Of a DNA stretch of 14,538 nucleotides, positions 8,903 through 14,538 are shown piece by piece. Position numbers and translations under genes: made by a program. Under the pieces are notes generated by a model. It did no database searches, was not told the DNA's origin, and saw only the letters and a program-made list of their open reading frames with translations. Source of the DNA: Promethearchaeota archaeon. Lineage in GTDB: Archaea > Asgardarchaeota > Lokiarchaeia > Sigyniarchaeales > SOKP01. The stretch lies in contig JBHLNT010000101.1 of the NCBI GenBank assembly GCA_048941265.1, positions 1-14,538 of the forward strand, given 5' to 3'. Every line of letters starts with the position of its first letter. The first letter of the stretch is position 1.

Positions 8903-9589
8903 ATGGATGAAAAGTTAGAATTCGAATTTAATGATAAGATTATGAAAGCGCTAATGAAAAAAGTTCAAGACTCTAATACTAAATGTGCTGGATTTGAGAA
9001 GGATTTAGAAATTAAACAAGCGGAATTACAATACCTTGCTAAATTATATGATGAAGAAACTACCAAATTAACTAAGGAATTAGAGGATGAAAAAAAGAAA
9101 GCGGAAAAATACGAAAATGAATTAAACGAAAGTACAGCATCATTATCAGAAAAACAAGAGGAAATATCGAATTTAACATCAAAAATAGAAAATTTCAAAG
9201 ATAACATATCCTCAATGGAACAAGAAATCGAAAAACTAAGAACAGAACTTGAAGGTGCAAATCATAAAGTTGAATCTCAGCAGAATATAATCTCGCAACA
9301 TGAAACGCGAATACTCGAGATGACCGAAGAGATAAAGAATAAAGAGATTATTATTGAAGAACAAACAACACTTTATGAGGCGCTTCAAATTGAATTAAAG
9401 GAATATAAGGGTCCTCAAGTGATTGAAGATGAAACCCCTGTTGGTGATCGATTGAAATGTTCTAAATGCGGTTCCGTAGGAAAAGATATAAAAGTCGTTG
9501 AGGATAAATCAAAAGCATTAAGTTATGTTGGAAATATTCCTATGTACGCTAAATACCACGTGTGTAAAAGGTGTGGTTTCCAATTTTAA
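8903..9589 (+). CDS. Coiled-coil protein with C-terminal C4 zinc ribbon, paralog 1
   Basis: Heptad-rich E/K/L region, then CSKC...CKRC ending in GFQF. Start reassigned from TTG 8840 to ATG 8903 because it is preceded by SD-like GGTG and aligns without gaps to the paralog's N-terminus. Confidence 0.85.
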   Translation: MDEKLEFEFNDKIMKALMKKVQDSNTKCAGFEKDLEIKQAELQYLAKLYDEETTKLTKELEDEKKKAEKYENELNESTASLSEKQEEISNLTSKIENFKDNISSMEQEIEKLRTELEGANHKVESQQNIISQHETRILEMTEEIKNKEIIIEEQTTLYEALQIELKEYKGPQVIEDETPVGDRLKCSKCGSVGKDIKVVEDKSKALSYVGNIPMYAKYHVCKRCGFQF

Positions 9590-9643
9590 ATCTCATATTT
9601 TAAAAAATCGAATTTTTCCATTGGAATTTTAAATTTACTACTC

Positions 9644-9657
9644 AATAGTTTTAAATA
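9644..9657 (+). promoter_or_regulatory. Putative BRE/TATA promoter element, copy 2
   Basis: AATAGTTTTAAATA, identical to 8762..8775. Confidence 0.5.
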
Positions 9658-9832
9658 GAAGTTGTTTCTTTTCTTTTATTAGTAAAAATTAATAAAGGAA
9701 TATGCAAAATTAAAAAGAAGTTAATAAATAGATCGTCGAAATTTATTTTATTTTAACAAAAGATATAAAGCTTATTTTGAAAAGATTGTAGGTTTCTGAA
9801 GATATATTGGTGTAATAAAGAGGGACACTGTA

Positions 9833-10405
9833 ATGGAGAAAGATAAGGATGAAGAATTTAATGAAAGAATTTTAATGGCACTTATGAAGCAAGTTAAAAA
9901 CTCTGATTCCAAATTCGCTGAACTTGAAAAAGATCTAAATGTAAAAGAAGCCGAATTGCAGTATTTAGTAAAGTTATATGATGAAAGGATTTCCTCCTTA
10001 ACAAATGAATTAGAGGATGAGAAAAAAAGAGCAAAAAAATTAGAGGAACAAATAAATCAATCCACATCCAATTTGTCTGCTAAAGATGATGAAATTATTG
10101 GCACTATTTTGCAACAGGACGCAAAAATCCAAGAAATGAATGAAAAACTTATAAAAAAAGATGAGATATTAGCAATACAACTATCTCGAATCGAAGCTAT
10201 TGAATTGGAACTAAGGACATTCAAAAGCCATGAAGTTTTTGGAACTGATATGTCTGGTGGAGAACGGTTAAAATGTCCTAAATGTAACGCAGTTGGAAAA
10301 GATATAAAATTTGTTGAAGATAAGACGAAAGTATTAAGTTATGTTGGAAATATGCCTATGTATGCTAAAATTAATGTTTGTAAGAAATGTGGACATCAAT
10401 TCTAA
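9833..10405 (+). CDS. Coiled-coil protein with C-terminal C4 zinc ribbon, paralog 2
   Basis: Shares EFN..I..ALMK, EKDL..K.AELQYL.KLYDE, ELEDEKK and RLKC.KC..VGKDIK.VEDK.K.LSYVGN.PMYAK..VCK.CG.QF with paralog 1; SD-like GAGGGG upstream. Confidence 0.87.
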   Translation: MEKDKDEEFNERILMALMKQVKNSDSKFAELEKDLNVKEAELQYLVKLYDERISSLTNELEDEKKRAKKLEEQINQSTSNLSAKDDEIIGTILQQDAKIQEMNEKLIKKDEILAIQLSRIEAIELELRTFKSHEVFGTDMSGGERLKCPKCNAVGKDIKFVEDKTKVLSYVGNMPMYAKINVCKKCGHQF

Positions 10406-10548
10406 TTTTAATTAATATAACAATTATAGGATTTTAGCTTAATATTATAGTAATTATAAGATAAATTAATAGAAAGATTAATAAACATTTGAAATTCAAT
10501 AATTTAAACATAATAAAAATTTTTTTTAAAAATTAAGAGGAAAATTAA

Positions 10549-11070
10549 ATGCCACTAATTTCAATTGAGGTTGACGGGAAAGTCAAAACGCCAGAAATCG
10601 ATCCATCTTGTTGGATTTCGGATTCTGCTTGGATAATTGGAGATGTCACAATGGGGCCTGAAAATGTCGTATACCAAGGAGTAATAATTAGAGGGGATTT
10701 CGCCAGAATTAAGATTGGTGCCAAAAATGTGTTTCAAGATGCCTGTATTATCAATACTGCTGAAGGGTGTAGTACTCGAATAGGAGATAATAATTTAATC
10801 GGCTTCAGCGCAATCGTTCATGGCGCTACCCTTAAGAATAATACAGTGGTAGGCATTCAATCTGTCATAATGATTATGAGCACTGTTAACGATGATGCCA
10901 TGGTGGGTGCTACATCATTTGTTCCAATGAGATCAAAGATTCCTCCGGGTCAAAAATGGATTGGTCGGGAATTAAAAGGAGAAAATACACAGGGAAAATT
11001 GTGGGAACTGGGTCGACAATCTTGGCGGAAAATGGGGCTTGCCATGAAAAATCAAAAAGAAAAACCATAA
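10549..11070 (+). CDS. Gamma-carbonic anhydrase-like left-handed beta-helix protein (YrdA/PaaY/CaiE family)
   Basis: P.ID...I...A.IIGDV, IRGD, QD, IVHGA, hexapeptide repeats; SD-like GAGG upstream. Confidence 0.88.
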   Translation: MPLISIEVDGKVKTPEIDPSCWISDSAWIIGDVTMGPENVVYQGVIIRGDFARIKIGAKNVFQDACIINTAEGCSTRIGDNNLIGFSAIVHGATLKNNTVVGIQSVIMIMSTVNDDAMVGATSFVPMRSKIPPGQKWIGRELKGENTQGKLWELGRQSWRKMGLAMKNQKEKP

Positions 11071-11087
11071 TATAGCCCAGGAGGGAT

Positions 11088-11117
11088 ATGTTCCCTCTAA
11101 AAGAGAATTTTAGCGGT
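11088..11117 (-). other. tRNA intron in T-loop (position 58/59), 30 nt
   Basis: Bulge-helix-bulge: central helix GTTC/GAAC, 3-nt bulges AAA and ATA, intron stem CC-g-CTAAAA/TTTTAG-a-GG, exon-side stem GGGG/TCCC. Confidence 0.85.
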
Positions 11118-11155
11118 TTGAACCCCCGAGATCTGGCTCCGCAAGCCAGCGCCCT

Positions 11156-11187
11156 TTATGGTTTTATATTTTAAGAAATATAAATAT
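11156..11187 (-). other. tRNA intron in D-loop (position ~20a/21), 32 nt
   Basis: Relaxed BHB/BHL motif: central helix ATGG/CCAT, bulges ATA and AAA, intron hairpin TTTATATTT/AAATATAAA. Confidence 0.82.
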
Positions 11188-11297
11188 ATCCATGCTAGAC
11201 CACTGGGCTCTAATGATCTTTATAATGGTTATGAATAATCCTTAAAATAGTTTATTTCTCTATTATAATTACTTAATGTCTACTAATTGTTAAACTT

Positions 11298-11978
11298 ATG
11301 TCTGAGGCGTACTGTGTAATTTTCGATATGGATGGCGTTTTAGCAGATACTGGTCCAATTCATTTTCAAAGTTGGGCTAAAATGGCAAGGGAAAATGCTA
11401 AAGTAGAGTTTTCGAGAGAATTTTTTGAAGCAACTTTTGGGCAGCAGTCAGTTCCAATCACGAGGAAATTAGTTGGTCCTGATGTTGATCAGGTGCTTGT
11501 GGAAAAATGGGCTGCTCTTAAGGAACAATATTATCGAGAAATGGTTAAAGGCAAATTAGAGCCCTTACCGGGAGCTGTGGAACTTATTAAATCACTAAAA
11601 ACGCATGATTTTAAATTAGCAGTCGGTTCTAGTGGACCTCTTGAAAACGTAGAGTTATTACTAAATACTCTAAATATTAAGCAATATTTTGATGTAATAA
11701 TTACTGCAGAAGATGTAAAAAATGGAAAACCTGCTCCTGACGTTTTTTTAATAGCCGCTGAGCGTTTAAAAATAAGACCTGAAAATTGTGTAATAATTGA
11801 GGATGCTCCTGTCGGTATAGAAGCAGCAAAAAGAGCTACCATGAGTTCAATCGCCCTCACAACGACCCATCCTAAAGAAGAATTATATGATGCTAATTTA
11901 GTGGTAAAGGATTTATCTTATATTACAATCAACGATATACTGAAATTAGTAAAGCTACACTCAAGTGAAACTATATGA
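11298..11978 (+). CDS. HAD-superfamily phosphatase, beta-phosphoglucomutase-like
   Basis: IFDMDGVLADT, GSS, GKPAPDVF, IEDAPVGIEAA. Confidence 0.92.
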   Translation: MSEAYCVIFDMDGVLADTGPIHFQSWAKMARENAKVEFSREFFEATFGQQSVPITRKLVGPDVDQVLVEKWAALKEQYYREMVKGKLEPLPGAVELIKSLKTHDFKLAVGSSGPLENVELLLNTLNIKQYFDVIITAEDVKNGKPAPDVFLIAAERLKIRPENCVIIEDAPVGIEAAKRATMSSIALTTTHPKEELYDANLVVKDLSYITINDILKLVKLHSSETI

Positions 11979-12643
11979 TATTTTTATGCTTAGGAAATTC
12001 TTTAACAGCGGGATATCCTGGTTATGATCCAGCTCCAGATGGAATATCTAAGGGCTATGGTAATCTAAAATCTCAATATGAGTATTGGCTTAGAAATTTA
12101 TGTTTGGAGCATTTAGAAAAGAATTTAGGAACTTTAAATGATGAGATTATTAAAAATCTACTGTTTATTAATAAAGGTGTTCCTGGAGAGCTTACGAGCA
12201 ATTTTATAAGAAGGATTGACTTTGATTTGTTAAAATTTAAACCTAAGCCTAGCTATTCAATAATCATTGGAGGAACGAATGATTTAGGCTGGGATATAAC
12301 TAATGAGAAAATATTTGGGAATATTAAAGAGTTGCATACAATTTCAAGAGATTTTGGCATATTATCTATAGGTGGAACGATTCCTCCTATAAGATCAGAG
12401 CAATCATATGGTTCCTACCATAATAGGAAAATTGAACTTAATAAAACATTAAAATCATTCTTTAAAGAAAATGAAATTCCATTCGCAGATTTATATAATG
12501 GAATGAAAGACATTGAGGGGAATTTAATAAAGGAATGCGCATATGTCGACGGGCTTCATTTTTCGGTGGAGGGCTACAAGCAAATGGGCAAAACAATTTT
12601 TGAAGACGCTGTAAAGGCAATAATAGAAAAGAAATATTTTTAA
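11975..12643 (+). CDS. SGNH/GDSL-family hydrolase
   Basis: Block I LGNSLT, block II NKGVPG, block III GGTND, block V DGLH; ATGA overlap with the upstream HAD gene. Confidence 0.88.
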   Translation: MIFLCLGNSLTAGYPGYDPAPDGISKGYGNLKSQYEYWLRNLCLEHLEKNLGTLNDEIIKNLLFINKGVPGELTSNFIRRIDFDLLKFKPKPSYSIIIGGTNDLGWDITNEKIFGNIKELHTISRDFGILSIGGTIPPIRSEQSYGSYHNRKIELNKTLKSFFKENEIPFADLYNGMKDIEGNLIKECAYVDGLHFSVEGYKQMGKTIFEDAVKAIIEKKYF

Positions 12644-12712
12644 TTTGATCGATTTTTTTTCTATTTTAAAAGTTAGAGAATTTAATCTATCGTTAAGAAG
12701 TGAGATAACAGA

Positions 12713-13072
12713 ATGAGTCCCTTATATGAAGGTCTTCCAGCTGTAATTTACTCTGGATTATGGGTTCTTAAGATTTTTAGAAAATTAGAGAAAAGATTTC
12801 CAAATTCAATCAAAATGGCAATTCTTTTGACAGATTCCCCCCCTGCATTCTTAATAAAGATTGATAATGGGGATTTTGATATTGAGATATTAGAAAACAT
12901 AAAAGATTTAAATGAATTAGATACTATTGACTGCGACACATATTTAGCTCTGCCAACCGAAATATTGTATAAAGGAGCAGGAGGTATAAGAGAAGGAATT
13001 GAAACAAATGAAGTTAAAGTTAAAAATTTCGATGCAATTACAATTTTAGCGAAATTTACGGGGGTTGGTTAA
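12713..13072 (+). CDS. Small protein, probable SCP2-like (sterol/lipid carrier) fold
   Basis: 119 aa with a pattern resembling SCP2 domains (AFLIKIDNGDFDI...DCDTYL...I...EVKVK). Fold assignment is by eye only. Confidence 0.55.
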   Translation: MSPLYEGLPAVIYSGLWVLKIFRKLEKRFPNSIKMAILLTDSPPAFLIKIDNGDFDIEILENIKDLNELDTIDCDTYLALPTEILYKGAGGIREGIETNEVKVKNFDAITILAKFTGVG

Positions 13073-13074
13073 GA

Positions 13075-14226
13075 ATGGTTGAAAAAATGACGGCTCTAGA
13101 AAGAATTTTAACTGTTTTGGAAGGAAAAATTCCTGACAGGGTTCCAAGCTTTTGTTTAGGTGGAGACTTTGATTTTGTAGAAAAATTTATGAATTCTCCA
13201 TATGCTTTAACAGATGAAGATATTCAACAATTAGATAAAGATAAAGTATCATATGGAATACCATACATGCACGCTATTATAGCAAAATTTTGCCCTCCCG
13301 AAATACTCTCAGGTGGCTTGGATGCTAAAATTGACTTATGTTGGCAAAACCCTAATATGGGATTACCGATTAGACTTGAAACTTTAGACGATTTCGTAAT
13401 AAATAACGGAGGATATTTCAAAATTGTGGTCCGTGATGAGGGAATTCCACACTGGTGGTTTGCAGGACCTGCACTTCTAAAAAAGGAAAATATTGAAGAA
13501 TATTGGAGTAAGGCGAATGACCTTAGACCAACTCAGGATAGCATTAGAAATTTTGCTAAAATTCGAAAAAATATGTTAAAAAAATACGATATTGTAGTGA
13601 GTCAAGGTCAGCCAGGTCCATTTGAAAATTGTATATTTGGTATAGGGCATGCTAATTTTGCGAGATTTGCGAGGAAAGAACCCGGTTATCTTGAACAGCA
13701 TATGGAGTTTCAATGGGAAACAATAGAAGAACCAATGATGAAGATGATAATGAAAACCAAACCGGAAGTCGTAATGTGCGGCGATGACTATGGATTTAAT
13801 GATGGGCTACAACTACCACCCAAGCTATGGCGCAAATTTGTTAAGCCAATTCTCGCGAGATATGTACAAATGACTCATGACGGTGGTGCAAAGTTTTTAA
13901 TACATAGCTGTGGAGCAATTGGAGAAGTCTTTCCTGATTTTGTAGAAATTGGTATTGATGGTGTAGAATCCTTAAAACCAAAAAATAACGATTTAAAGAT
14001 GTATCGAGAAAAATATCCAGAAATCACTCTTATCGGAACAATAGACGATTCAGAAATGCTAAAATATAAATCCCCTGATTTTATAAGAAATTCAGTTAAA
14101 AAAGATATAGAAACGTTAGGGAAAAAAGGGGGATTCATTCCTGGCCCGACTAACTTCCTACTGGACCAACCTCCAGAAAACATTGTTGCCTGTTTCAAAG
14201 CAATACAAGAGTATGGAAAATATTAA
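13075..14226 (+). CDS. Uroporphyrinogen decarboxylase / MtaA-CmuA superfamily protein
   Basis: MTALERI...GKIPDRVP, GPFE, GDDYG, P..WRKFVKP, HSCG, GIDG, GTID, GGFIPGP..PPENI. Confidence 0.87.
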   Translation: MVEKMTALERILTVLEGKIPDRVPSFCLGGDFDFVEKFMNSPYALTDEDIQQLDKDKVSYGIPYMHAIIAKFCPPEILSGGLDAKIDLCWQNPNMGLPIRLETLDDFVINNGGYFKIVVRDEGIPHWWFAGPALLKKENIEEYWSKANDLRPTQDSIRNFAKIRKNMLKKYDIVVSQGQPGPFENCIFGIGHANFARFARKEPGYLEQHMEFQWETIEEPMMKMIMKTKPEVVMCGDDYGFNDGLQLPPKLWRKFVKPILARYVQMTHDGGAKFLIHSCGAIGEVFPDFVEIGIDGVESLKPKNNDLKMYREKYPEITLIGTIDDSEMLKYKSPDFIRNSVKKDIETLGKKGGFIPGPTNFLLDQPPENIVACFKAIQEYGKY

Positions 14227-14290
14227 CTAAAAATTTAAATTTTTCTAGGTTTAAATCGAGAGTTCACTACTAAGAAGCTGAGGATCCCCA

Positions 14291-14538
14291 TTGATCGGTC
14301 GAAAAAATTGGAGAGAATGGAGCTATATCCTCGTAATGACGATTCCAGTTATCTATACGATTCTTATTGGCAGTGCAATGATTTTTTATTCAGGTGGTTC
14401 CTTAAGCAATCCTAGTTCTAAGGGATATTCATTCAGCACTAACTTTTTAAGCGATTTGGGTCGCACTAGGGGATATTCAGGGAAAGCTAATACAATTTCT
14501 TGCGCGCTTTTTACGCTGAATTATTTGTTATTCGGCAT
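14291..14538 (+). CDS. DUF998-like integral membrane protein (partial, runs off the right edge; not in ORF track)
   Basis: TTG start just after an in-frame TGA and SD-like GAGGA. Translation MIGRKNWREWSYILVMTIPVIYTILIGSAMIFYSGGSLSNPSSKGYSFSTNFLSDLGRTRGYSGKANTISCALFTLNYLLFG is open to the edge, with a TM helix followed by GYS...N.LSDLG. Confidence 0.75.
   Translation, partial: MIGRKNWREWSYILVMTIPVIYTILIGSAMIFYSGGSLSNPSSKGYSFSTNFLSDLGRTRGYSGKANTISCALFTLNYLLFG

Larger units (their letters stand above)
11073..11209 (-). tRNA. tRNA-Arg(GCG) with two introns (exons 11209-11188, 11155-11118, 11087-11073)
   Basis: Spliced 75-nt cloverleaf: AGCCCAG TG GTCT AGCATGGATA GGGC G CTGGC TTGCGGA GCCAG ATCTC GGGGG TTCAAAT CCCTC CTGGGCT A. 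Anticodon GCG at 11142-11140; A20 (Arg identity element) present; CCA not encoded. Confidence 0.92.

Noticed and set aside
11071-11090. tRNA 3' end as an integration (att) site
   Set aside because: No duplicate of the tRNA end and no integrase seen in the window; the tRNA ends 2 bp from the convergent gamma-CA-like stop codon.
8965-14198. Minus-strand ORFs 8965..9207, 11531..11860, 12748..12939, 13224..13421 and 13875..14198
   Set aside because: All lie antisense within well-supported genes.
13075-14226. Calling the gene hemE or mtaA
   Set aside because: It lacks the HemE RQAGR motif and the full MtaA zinc-ligand set, so only a superfamily-level call is supported.
1-14538. CRISPR array, IS element or prophage
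   Set aside because: No regularly spaced repeats, transposase, integrase or terminal inverted repeats seen.

Overview
AT-rich (roughly 30% GC by eye), gene-dense archaeal chromosomal segment. It most resembles Asgard archaea (Lokiarchaeia/Promethearchaeota), which is an inference from gene content. Left to right: a 3'-truncated tandem longin/roadblock-like protein missed by the ORF track (<1..657, -), a plant/trypanosomatid-type cofactor-independent phosphoglycerate mutase, a secreted protein with a CTERM-like anchor, an AS-family amidase, a divergent sugar-phosphate nucleotidyltransferase / HddA-like GHMP kinase pair, a basic hypothetical protein, a ~480-bp gap with a GC-richer island, and a HAD hydrolase. 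Next come two tandem paralogous coiled-coil + C4 zinc-ribbon proteins with duplicated promoter motifs, a gamma-carbonic-anhydrase-like protein lacking two Zn ligands, and a tRNA-Arg(GCG) split by two non-canonical BHB-type introns (D-loop and T-loop). The window ends with a HAD/SGNH pair, an SCP2-like + URO-D/MtaA-family pair and a 3'-truncated DUF998-like membrane protein also missed by the track. I found no mobile element or CRISPR array.
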